Shown piece by piece: positions 56,440-64,000 of a DNA stretch of 64,000 nt. Every line of letters begins with the position of its first letter. Position 1 is the first letter of the stretch. The DNA is from a virus (Duplodnaviria; Heunggongvirae; Uroviricota; Caudoviricetes). The stretch is taken from positions 13,665-77,664 of IMG/VR virus record IMGVR_UViG_3300024268_000043. One strand, given 5' to 3'. The translations under genes and the position numbers were made by a program. A model generated the notes under the pieces. That model ran no database searches, was not told where the DNA came from, and was given only the letters and a program-made list of their open reading frames with translations.

Positions 56440-56706
56440 TTAAATTTCATCAACGCAGCTCGCCGCTTCTTCTGCTGCTTCAATTGCATTATCCATAGAT
56501 TTAATCGCCTCATTCATCGCATCAATTGCTTCTTCCGCGTCCATACCTCTAGTGCTGCCTTGCAAGTTCTCAGGCATATTGTCGAAGTAATCCTGTTCAT
56601 CAGAGCAAATATTCTCAAGTTCACTTTTCAGTCTTTCACCATGTGACGCCCATTCTTCTGCTTTTCTAACCCACTCTATAAGTTCCTTGCGTCTGTTCTT
56701 GTTCAT
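56440..56706 (-). CDS. hypothetical acidic protein
   Basis: ORF with sigma70 promoter. Confidence 0.35.
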   Translation of the reverse strand: MNKNRRKELIEWVRKAEEWASHGERLKSELENICSDEQDYFDNMPENLQGSTRGMDAEEAIDAMNEAIKSMDNAIEAAEEAASCVDEI

Positions 56707-56746
56707 AATCGCAATCTCCTTTTAATTTGTATTTTAATTATACATT

Positions 56747-56775
56747 ATAATTTTCAGTTTGTCAATCATTTTGTG
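56747..56775 (-). promoter_or_regulatory. sigma70 consensus promoter (TTGACA-17-TATAAT)
   Basis: Minus-strand TTGACAAACTGAAAATTATAATGTATAAT. Confidence 0.5.
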
Positions 56776-56798
56776 TTGTGTTCAAGAAATGTTTACAA

Positions 56799-57323
56799 TT
56801 ATGCCGTTTTCATTCTCTTAGCCATAGCTCGTCTATACGGCTCAAACGCTTCTTGCTCATCATAATTCATCTTGTTCATAATCTCAACTCTCTCCTCCTC
56901 GCTGAGAATCCTCGTAACCTTTATTCTGTCCGCTATAATCCACAGACGATTACCAGACTCTCTAAAATTATAAAAGCCTCCCTCAGGAAGTCGATCGATA
57001 AAACACTTCTTGGGTAATTTCTCAACTACGGATGTATAATCTACATCTGCTACATACTCTACTTCGCACCATACTCTTCTAAATTTCTTACCACGCTGAG
57101 ACTTGTAAGTCCCATCAGCTCCCATTAACCACGGGGCACTAGGTACTCCAGTTCCCAGGTGCCATCCAGGTCTGTGCGCGAACTGAGGATGATGCTCTAT
57201 AATCTCTGCCATGACCCATTCATTCATAGCTGTTTCCTCATTCTTGCCAATAAATAGAGGAAATAATCTCCCCTCAGAATTCATCTCGAACAGTTTCCAC
57301 CCTTTTGCAATTTTCATAATCAC
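56799..57323 (-). CDS. hypothetical protein
   Basis: ORF only. Confidence 0.4.
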   Translation of the reverse strand: MIMKIAKGWKLFEMNSEGRLFPLFIGKNEETAMNEWVMAEIIEHHPQFAHRPGWHLGTGVPSAPWLMGADGTYKSQRGKKFRRVWCEVEYVADVDYTSVVEKLPKKCFIDRLPEGGFYNFRESGNRLWIIADRIKVTRILSEEERVEIMNKMNYDEQEAFEPYRRAMAKRMKTA

Positions 57324-57380
57324 TTTACCTCCTTATTATATAATCATTTTGTATTGTTTTGTAATTAAAGAAAGAGATGA

Positions 57381-57755
57381 TTACTCATCTCTCATTTGTC
57401 TTGCCCATCTTTGCTCAAGCCAAGCTCTCATTGGTGATATATCGAGGTCATTTTCATCAATACACACAACCTTGATTCTTTCATCCTTAAATCTATCCAT
57501 AAGTGATATCAATCTTATATTACCCCTTGCAACCCTTGAAAGATTTTTAACGATTACAGTGTCTCCACTTTTTAATTCTTCAATAAGGTGCTTAAACTCT
57601 GGTCCAACGTCAAAACCACTTACACCGTCGTCACAGAAGAATCCATCAACTTTTAAGTTATTATCCTCACAATAATTTGCAATTACCCTCATTTGTTCTG
57701 ATATTTCTTCTTTACTTGCTAACGCAGCCCTACAATATCCATATACTTTACACAA
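57381..57755 (-). CDS. small resolvase/invertase N-terminal-domain protein (catalytic Ser apparently replaced by Ala)
   Basis: VYGYCRAALASKEE aligns to the resolvase GYARVS motif with Ala at the nucleophile position; rest of the catalytic domain is conserved (DGVSG, R...). Confidence 0.45.
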   Translation of the reverse strand: MCKVYGYCRAALASKEEISEQMRVIANYCEDNNLKVDGFFCDDGVSGFDVGPEFKHLIEELKSGDTVIVKNLSRVARGNIRLISLMDRFKDERIKVVCIDENDLDISPMRAWLEQRWARQMRDE

Positions 57756-57810
57756 TACAAACCTCTCCTTTTATAATCATTTTGTTTTGTTCTATTTAAC
57801 AAAGACCTGC

Positions 57811-57999
57811 TTATTCGCAGATCTTATTAATGTCGTTTTGCATTTGGCTTAAACACTTATCGCAAACATGAAACGATATAATGTTGTCTACTGGGTGAAT
57901 ACGTTGAATTCTGATATTGATATGCCCATCTGTGGAACTACAAATTAAACAACGATTCCCTTCTTTGCTTTGAGTTAATTCAATAATTTTATTTTCCAT
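57811..57999 (-). CDS. small zinc-ribbon protein
   Basis: ORF only. Confidence 0.3.
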   Translation of the reverse strand: MENKIIELTQSKEGNRCLICSSTDGHINIRIQRIHPVDNIISFHVCDKCLSQMQNDINKICE

Positions 58000-58056
58000 T
58001 ATAAACTCCTCCTTGATGATAATATTATATACTATTTTCTACAAATATACTATATT

Positions 58057-58248
58057 TTAATTCTCCTTCCATCCTATAATATCAACACAACAATTCTTAT
58101 AGTCTGCCTTAACACGCCATTCATACTTATTTTCCTCCAAATATTCGTTAATTGCCTTGGTCCAACGATAGACTGTACTTCTTGAACATCTTCCTAAACT
58201 AATACCTCCGTCAAAACCAAGCTCTTCTACTGCCATTACAATATCCAT
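58057..58248 (-). CDS. small helix-turn-helix DNA-binding protein
   Basis: GRCSRSTVYRWTKAI resembles an HTH recognition helix. Confidence 0.4.
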   Translation of the reverse strand: MDIVMAVEELGFDGGISLGRCSRSTVYRWTKAINEYLEENKYEWRVKADYKNCCVDIIGWKEN

Positions 58249-58260
58249 ACTAATCCTCTT

Positions 58261-58500
58261 CTATTCTTCATAAATACCCGCTTTGACATCTTCGCCATCA
58301 AGCCATTCTATAAAATTATTTGTCCTGTCCTTATTGGCTTCATCAAAATAATAGAGATATGTTCGCCACGTTTTATTTGCTTCTTTGGTAAATCTTTTAA
58401 ATGCAGAGTCGTATGTCTTGCCCACAACATACCAAATATAATTATCACCACTCTCTTCATCAATAACGTCTGCTATAAACAGTTTTAACCCTTTATTCAC
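58261..58500 (-). CDS. hypothetical protein
   Basis: ORF only. Confidence 0.35.
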   Translation of the reverse strand: MNKGLKLFIADVIDEESGDNYIWYVVGKTYDSAFKRFTKEANKTWRTYLYYFDEANKDRTNNFIEWLDGEDVKAGIYEE

Positions 58501-58708
58501 ACTACCACTCCTTAAAATATAAAATCTGTATAAACCTCAGCATCACCCTTAAGTTCCATTCCACTGGAAATATCATCCCATTTCTGACACCAATACTTCT
58601 TCGTGCTTCGGTCATAGTCTTCCTTAATATATACCTGCGATGGCTTCGCTTCTTGTTCGTACATCGGCTTCCTTGTGAAGTATTCGCCACGCTTCAGCTC
58701 TTTGAGTT

Positions 58709-59089
58709 TCATCTCACAACCTCCTTGTTAGCAATATTACGAATTGTCTTCTTTAGTTCTTCTGTAATCTCAACACCTTTGTTTTTGAGTTGCCTTATCC
58801 ATTTACGATATTCTTTTCTTGCCTTAATTTTTCTTTTAATCTTTGCTTTGATTGCACGCACCTTATCTCTCAATCTACACTTCCAGCACTCTGTATAACT
58901 CATAGAATCCCATCCGTCCCAACAATAAAAGTAATGTGTACTTACAAAGTTTCGTTTGTGATATTTACCGCAAGAATCGCACTTCTGATAATACCATTGC
59001 CACTTTGCCGTGTCACTCGGAAGTTCTTCTGCAAGATAATCATATGTTCCCTCATCGTCTAGCCGTGGGTCTTTCCAATATTCGTTCAT
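58709..59089 (-). CDS. hypothetical Cys-rich protein with basic C-terminus
   Basis: ORF only. Confidence 0.4.
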   Translation of the reverse strand: MNEYWKDPRLDDEGTYDYLAEELPSDTAKWQWYYQKCDSCGKYHKRNFVSTHYFYCWDGWDSMSYTECWKCRLRDKVRAIKAKIKRKIKARKEYRKWIRQLKNKGVEITEELKKTIRNIANKEVVR

Positions 59090-59101
59090 ATTAAAATCTC
59101 C

Positions 59102-59341
59102 TTAATTCCAACAGGTATACTGATTTTCATACGGAACCCTAATAGTGACTGCTACCCATCCTCTTCCAAGTAATTCACGCATATATCTATCTGCGTCCTC
59201 TGATGTGAATTCCAGAGGTAAAACATCCTTTTCAAATAGCGGTACTGTATTTTGAATCTTTGTAACGACTCTCATCGTTTTAAATCCACTTGCCGTATCA
59301 CAAAATCCATAACATCCTACATAATATTTGCACTTTTTCAT
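59102..59341 (-). CDS. hypothetical protein
   Basis: ORF only. Confidence 0.35.
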   Translation of the reverse strand: MKKCKYYVGCYGFCDTASGFKTMRVVTKIQNTVPLFEKDVLPLEFTSEDADRYMRELLGRGWVAVTIRVPYENQYTCWN

Positions 59342-59552
59342 ATTGGTCTCCTATATTTCTTTAATTCTGGATATGCTTCATAAAAATCTTTTCTGCTATC
59401 AAATTCCAAAATCATTTCATCGACTTGTCCATCTATCTCAGAATACTCGTTATAGTCTTTTAACTTTCTTCCAAGGAGATATTCGTATTTGTGTATGCAA
59501 TCTCTATCAATTTCATCGGCGCATTTTAACCAATCTCTCACGGCCGTGCTCC

Positions 59553-59906
59553 TTACATTCCAAAATTTTCAACATCCCAACTAAATTCAGGTACTTCTAA
59601 ACCTAACACATATGCAATTGCTGTCATATATAACAAATCACAATTATATAGACATGCTGACCACATATCATGTTCATCTTCTGATTCATCTTCATCATAC
59701 AGCCCATCATAAGATTCTGCCTTTGAAAACTCAGAATCTTTATCATTCATAAGCTCCCATACTTTTTCTTCGATCTTTTTAAATGTTCCTTTTTCCATAC
59801 ACTTTTCAAAAATCTCTTCTGAAATTTCTGAGCAATACATGTTATCTAATTTGTCAATCAAATCAATATCTTCATATTTTACATATTCTACAATTAAACT
59901 TTTCAT
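59553..59906 (-). CDS. hypothetical acidic protein
   Basis: ORF only. Confidence 0.35.
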   Translation of the reverse strand: MKSLIVEYVKYEDIDLIDKLDNMYCSEISEEIFEKCMEKGTFKKIEEKVWELMNDKDSEFSKAESYDGLYDEDESEDEHDMWSACLYNCDLLYMTAIAYVLGLEVPEFSWDVENFGM

Positions 59907-59907
59907 A

Positions 59908-60138
59908 TTAAACCCTCCTAATTCCTAAATCCTGTTCACGGTACCTGATAAACATTTCTTTCGTTTTCACGTCCAACTTATCCCCACAAGGAGAAAACGG
60001 ATCTGTCATAATTCTTCTTGTATCATCGAGCGCTTTCTCAAAAGCCTCACGTCTATCATTTGTGCTTCTTTCCCAAAATTTTAAACAGTCTTTAAAGAAG
60101 TTCTCCATTATTAATTGTGTTTCGTGTTCATTTAACAT
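59908..60138 (-). CDS. hypothetical protein
   Basis: ORF only. Confidence 0.35.
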   Translation of the reverse strand: MLNEHETQLIMENFFKDCLKFWERSTNDRREAFEKALDDTRRIMTDPFSPCGDKLDVKTKEMFIRYREQDLGIRRV

Positions 60139-60154
60139 TTATACCATCCTTTCA

Positions 60155-60412
60155 TTAATCATTCTTGATAATTTCTTCAATTTGTTCTAGATAGTCTATT
60201 GCCTGTCCATAGTGCAACCCAAACTCTTGATTATCTGCAACGCCATTCTTTTCTGTTATAATCGCTTTGATTTTATTTAGCTTTTCCACCGATGTTAGTT
60301 CCAATTTCAGTTCATCTAAAAGTATTTGCGATGTCATTGAATGATCTGCCTTAACTATTGACAAACCAAATTCGTTTTTTTGCAATCTGTTGCAATCTTT
60401 CAAAAGTGCCAT
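60155..60412 (-). CDS. hypothetical protein
   Basis: ORF with leader variant upstream. Confidence 0.35.
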   Translation of the reverse strand: MALLKDCNRLQKNEFGLSIVKADHSMTSQILLDELKLELTSVEKLNKIKAIITEKNGVADNQEFGLHYGQAIDYLEQIEEIIKND

Positions 60413-60445
60413 CTTTCATATACACACCCCAATAATTTTGTATTG

Positions 60446-61057
60446 TTATCTCATTTCTTTTCGCCATAAGCAACGAGCGTATCGAGTCTGATTTTCAATT
60501 GCTGACTGAAGACGTAGCACACAGGTGATTGCGCCCTTTACCGCCTCTACCTTTGATATTTTCTTTGCTTCAAGCTTACAATCCTGCATAGCAATATGAT
60601 AAGCAGCCTTCTCCATAGTAGCAAAACAAACCTCTTTACCATTTGGTTTCGTTCCAATAATATACTCTCTTTCAAGCCCTGGATAAAATGCTCCCTTTAT
60701 TTTATTACACGGTGCACACATAGTTTGCATATTAGATGCTCTATCAGCACCACCCTTGCTCTTGGGAATAATATGATCCTTGGTCATTAGTGTGCCATCA
60801 TCTGCATAAAGATTAAAGTGTCTACGATTGGTCCCCTCATCTCCATCGAGTTGAAAATATGCACCCTCCTTACCACAACAGATACATTTAGTTCCCTTTT
60901 GATAAAATGTCATGTACCTCAAAGAAATAGGATGTACCTTAAATCCATCTACCTCAATGTCATGTTTATGCTGGTCGGCATCATTGTTTCTGTTGAGATA
61001 TTCCTCTCCTATCATTTGGAATACTTCAGCTATAGAATATCTTTTCTTTTCTGTCAT
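60446..61057 (-). CDS. HNH endonuclease domain protein
   Basis: C-terminal DHIIPKSKGGADRASNMQTMCAPCNKIKG = HNH motif. Confidence 0.6.
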   Translation of the reverse strand: MTEKKRYSIAEVFQMIGEEYLNRNNDADQHKHDIEVDGFKVHPISLRYMTFYQKGTKCICCGKEGAYFQLDGDEGTNRRHFNLYADDGTLMTKDHIIPKSKGGADRASNMQTMCAPCNKIKGAFYPGLEREYIIGTKPNGKEVCFATMEKAAYHIAMQDCKLEAKKISKVEAVKGAITCVLRLQSAIENQTRYARCLWRKEMR

Positions 61058-61087
61058 TGTTGCTTTCTCCTAATCATTTTGTGTTGT

Positions 61088-61807
61088 TTAGTGATCATAA
61101 ACAGCAGTTATAATTCCCTTATTGCCAGAGAAACATCTCTTACATTCACTGCAAGTAACGCCAGTCTTACGACCCTTTTTATTAACAGCAGGGCAATGGA
61201 ATAACTTTTCTATAGCAGGGTCTGTGCCATCATCATACACAAATTTATTCAATCCATCGAATTGATAACCTTCTGTATTACCTTTCCACTCGGAAATATT
61301 ACACACCAAGTTCTCGGGGAACGCACCGTGGTCTTTTACATACTGCTCAATAAACGTAAATCTCTTTGTGTAGAAATAGAACTGCACGTCGGGCATCTCG
61401 ACTGCCATCTTGATCATATGAAGTAAATAATTATAATTCATTATCTCTCCACTTGACTGCCAACGAAGCACCTTTGCTTTGTTTTCAATCAACGCCTCCT
61501 TGATCTGCTTAAAGCCCTTATCCATGTCGTGTCTCATAATTACCGTATTCTTACCAACACTCGGAATTACAGAATTATGATGCATACGAGCATCTCTTAC
61601 CGCGTAACAATTTCCCTCACAGCCATCACAACATCCACCGCAAGTACCCCATACATTTGTTAGTTCTCCTTTGTCCTTCGTAGAAATAGGTTTATTGCCC
61701 GGCATAAGATTGAAGGCAAATACCTTCTTACCCAACTTGCTATTACCCTTTGCAAGAGAGATTATCATTGACTCATCGTAATTTATGTTATATAAAACGT
61801 TTCCCAT
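61088..61807 (-). CDS. hypothetical protein with Cys cluster (CGGCCDGCEGNCY)
   Basis: ORF only. Confidence 0.4.
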   Translation of the reverse strand: MGNVLYNINYDESMIISLAKGNSKLGKKVFAFNLMPGNKPISTKDKGELTNVWGTCGGCCDGCEGNCYAVRDARMHHNSVIPSVGKNTVIMRHDMDKGFKQIKEALIENKAKVLRWQSSGEIMNYNYLLHMIKMAVEMPDVQFYFYTKRFTFIEQYVKDHGAFPENLVCNISEWKGNTEGYQFDGLNKFVYDDGTDPAIEKLFHCPAVNKKGRKTGVTCSECKRCFSGNKGIITAVYDH

Positions 61808-61855
61808 TTTTACATTTCTCCTTTATTATATCATATTTTAATCATTTTGTATTGT

Positions 61856-62083
61856 TTAATCGAATATAATCTCTGTCGTATAATCCTCATCGTCTTTATC
61901 ATCCCATATCAAGGCCCTAAGTTTTTCTCCTAAAGGCTTTTCCATCAACACGGTAGGTCTACTTAAAGACTCGCCCATATCATCATCTGCAACAAACTCC
62001 ACACAAATACCAGGATAATTCAGATCGCCACTAATAGTGGCATATAGATAGCCGCCATCTACCTTAACTTTCAAACTTTCCAT
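61856..62083 (-). CDS. hypothetical protein
   Basis: ORF only. Confidence 0.35.
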   Translation of the reverse strand: MESLKVKVDGGYLYATISGDLNYPGICVEFVADDDMGESLSRPTVLMEKPLGEKLRALIWDDKDDEDYTTEIIFD

Positions 62084-62084
62084 G

Positions 62085-62444
62085 TTAATCCTCCTTAATT
62101 TCTACACATATTTTTTCGCAAGGCTCGAACGTATCGCACCAAGTATTCATAAAATTCTGAAGTCTTGCGGCACAATATTCTTTTACACATTCTTCATCAT
62201 CGGACGCCTCAACCATTCCATAGATATCATATGCTTCAGTAGAGCCGCCACCATAATATCCCATGGTGAATACGCCGTCCTCTTCATCGAATATTCTTGT
62301 TAATTTCATGCCATACCAGCCGCTTGGTTTACACTCCGGATATTTATCAATATCATCAAAAGTAAAATCCAATTTTTTAGTTTTTGTTTTTAGTTCAAAC
62401 AATCTATCAATGGCCTCTGCGGCCGTCATCATTTTATATTTCAT
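62085..62444 (-). CDS. hypothetical protein
   Basis: ORF only. Confidence 0.4.
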   Translation of the reverse strand: MKYKMMTAAEAIDRLFELKTKTKKLDFTFDDIDKYPECKPSGWYGMKLTRIFDEEDGVFTMGYYGGGSTEAYDIYGMVEASDDEECVKEYCAARLQNFMNTWCDTFEPCEKICVEIKED

Positions 62445-62496
62445 ATATTTCCTTCTTTCTCCCGGGGCTTAATAACCCCGGGTCGATTAATTATAC

Positions 62497-62895
62497 TTAT
62501 ACAATTTCTTCGCGAATATTATCACTATTTCGCTCAACGGTATCAATCAAAAATGACACACGCTCTTCCTGGTTCATATGGTCCCAACAATAATCAAGAA
62601 TGGTTTCAAACAGTTCAATACCTGAATTTCTGCCAAGATTAGTTACCTCAGTAATTTTATGAGTCTTACAGAATTCTATGACTTCTCCTATAGTCCTAAG
62701 TCTGCCTCTCATTAATGTGTTGGATGTTCTGTTTGACATCGGCAAAGACATAACCGATACATCATAAATTTCCTCGTTATAAGGAATCGATACTCTTCTC
62801 TTATTGTACACTCTCTTAAGCGCCTTAGAAAGTGTATCGCCCTCAACCATCTTGCTAACAATAATGTCCATTACGTCAATGTTTTTCTGTGTCAT
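62497..62895 (-). CDS. hypothetical protein, RNA-polymerase-alpha-CTD-like helix-hairpin-helix
   Basis: MSLPMSNRTSNTLMRGRLRTIGEV resembles the alpha-CTD DNA-binding motif. Confidence 0.3.
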   Translation of the reverse strand: MTQKNIDVMDIIVSKMVEGDTLSKALKRVYNKRRVSIPYNEEIYDVSVMSLPMSNRTSNTLMRGRLRTIGEVIEFCKTHKITEVTNLGRNSGIELFETILDYCWDHMNQEERVSFLIDTVERNSDNIREEIV

Positions 62896-62934
62896 AGTTA
62901 AAATTCTCCTTTTAAATCATCTTGTATTGTTTAA

Positions 62935-63171
62935 TTATTTTGTAACATATATGACCGCATTACCCATTTGTTCGGGAATCTGCAATCCAGCGCTCTTGAT
63001 TACCTCTTGAATTTCCTCTGCCTCTCCAAGGGTTGCTCCGTGCGACAAGTAAACCAAAATTCCACCCTCACGGTCATCGATGCTTTCCATGATTTTTGCA
63101 ATTTTATCTTTCTTTTTTCCCATTACACTTTTAAGAACCATTTCTACGATTACTTTAATTTCGTTGTTCAT
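62935..63171 (-). CDS. hypothetical protein
   Basis: ORF only. Confidence 0.35.
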   Translation of the reverse strand: MNNEIKVIVEMVLKSVMGKKKDKIAKIMESIDDREGGILVYLSHGATLGEAEEIQEVIKSAGLQIPEQMGNAVIYVTK

Positions 63172-63461
63172 TATTGGTCCTCCAAATCTACAATAATCGC
63201 ACCAATCGTGCCATACTCTTCGTCTTCAAATTCTTCCCACTCAATCGACACAACCTTCTTTGCCAGGTCTCTTGATGACACAAAGGTTTCTCGTACAGAT
63301 GGAATGCAGCCGCCATCATTTGTACTAATGGCGTAATCTCTATCGCCTTCCATGCGAAGCACGTACATCAGCTCATTAAGTGACTTAGGATTGCTTCGTG
63401 CAATCATAGGGTGCTTTGCGTACATTGCGTCAAGTTTTGCCATAAATTCTATGTTTGTCAT
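63171..63461 (-). CDS. hypothetical protein
   Basis: ORF only. Confidence 0.35.
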   Translation of the reverse strand: MTNIEFMAKLDAMYAKHPMIARSNPKSLNELMYVLRMEGDRDYAISTNDGGCIPSVRETFVSSRDLAKKVVSIEWEEFEDEEYGTIGAIIVDLEDQ

Positions 63462-63530
63462 TTGTTAATCCTCCAAGTTTATTAATTAAATAAGGGCCAA
63501 ATCTTACGACATAGCCCTTTTGGTTTACTA

Positions 63531-63860
63531 TTATTTATCATCTGCCCAAATAATGGAATTATAAGAAATTCCCTCAGAATCAGTATGAACATTTTTCTTA
63601 ACTATTGCCTTTTCGAAATCTGCAATCTGTTCATCACATAAACGTTTCACAATATCACATCCAAGGTCATCAATGTAATCTGCAATATATTCATTGTTCA
63701 TTATGCCTTCCTTACCTTTATAGCAAAGAATTGAATTTATCATATCTCTGCACTGCAATTCTCTTCTTAGTTGATTTTGCTCTGGCGTTAGGATTGGCGC
63801 TTTGCCGTTTTTCCATTGTGGTAATGTTGCCTTTGCTTGTTGGATTTGTTTATCCGTCAT
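63531..63860 (-). CDS. hypothetical protein
   Basis: ORF only. Confidence 0.35.
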   Translation of the reverse strand: MTDKQIQQAKATLPQWKNGKAPILTPEQNQLRRELQCRDMINSILCYKGKEGIMNNEYIADYIDDLGCDIVKRLCDEQIADFEKAIVKKNVHTDSEGISYNSIIWADDK

Positions 63861-64000
63861 AATTGATTCCTCCTAAAATTTGTTTTTAGTTTATAATTTA
63901 TATTAACACGTTATATGTTTTTATACAATTTGTTGCTTACCTCCAACCATAAACGTCCGCCACATCTTTATACAGCGACTTTGTATAATAATTCAATTTC

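Noticed and set aside
59-63862. All plus-strand ORFs in the six-frame track (for example 524..1057, 1438..1881, 28809..29615, 39399..39875, 52047..52670)
   Set aside because: Each lies entirely inside a longer, motif-supported minus-strand gene. They have low-complexity or hydrophobic composition and lack RBS or promoter signals. They are treated as antisense shadow ORFs.

Overview
This window looks like a 64 kb piece of a large, AT-rich dsDNA bacteriophage or prophage genome. Every convincing gene is on the minus strand. The six-frame ORFs on the plus strand look like shadows of minus-strand genes.

From high to low coordinates the window contains:
- A lysogeny/recombination region: tyrosine integrase, a small resolvase-like protein and many small ORFs.
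- A replication module: DnaB-like helicase, Toprim primase, AAA_24 ATPase, RecJ-like exonuclease, and DnaE with GIY-YIG and HNH-AP2 homing endonucleases beside it.
- A four-gene Preiss-Handler NAD+ salvage cluster: PncA, PncB, NadE and NadM.
- SPFH and HPr-like proteins.
- A tRNA array of at least 8 canonical tRNAs plus degenerate pieces. It includes a tRNA-Leu(UAA) split by a group I intron that carries an HNH homing endonuclease.
- A Ro60/TROVE (Rsr-like) gene immediately preceded by about 7 tandem tRNA-like Y-RNA-like modules.
- A roughly 1.6 kb ORF-free, GC-richer region that is probably a large structured RNA.
- An endolysin.
- An apparent RNA-repair and ADP-ribose toolkit: an Rnl2-type RNA ligase with an N-terminal tRNA-binding domain, a P-loop kinase fused to an HD domain, two Pol-beta nucleotidyltransferases, a metallophosphoesterase, two macro domains and a PARP-like catalytic protein whose upstream in-frame WGR-like ORF is separated from it by a single TAG.
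- NAD-dependent DNA ligase.
- An anaerobic dNTP-synthesis block: NrdD, NrdG, NrdH, dUTPase, ThyX-like, dNMP kinase and 5'-nucleotidase.
- A large serine recombinase at the low end.

Transcription appears to be driven by repeated near-consensus sigma70 promoters. Each has a TTGTAAA direct repeat upstream, and an 11-18 nt conserved leader motif (ACAAAATGATT) sits in front of about 28 genes. All coordinates that I derived by hand, as opposed to ORF-track coordinates, may be off by 1-2 nt.
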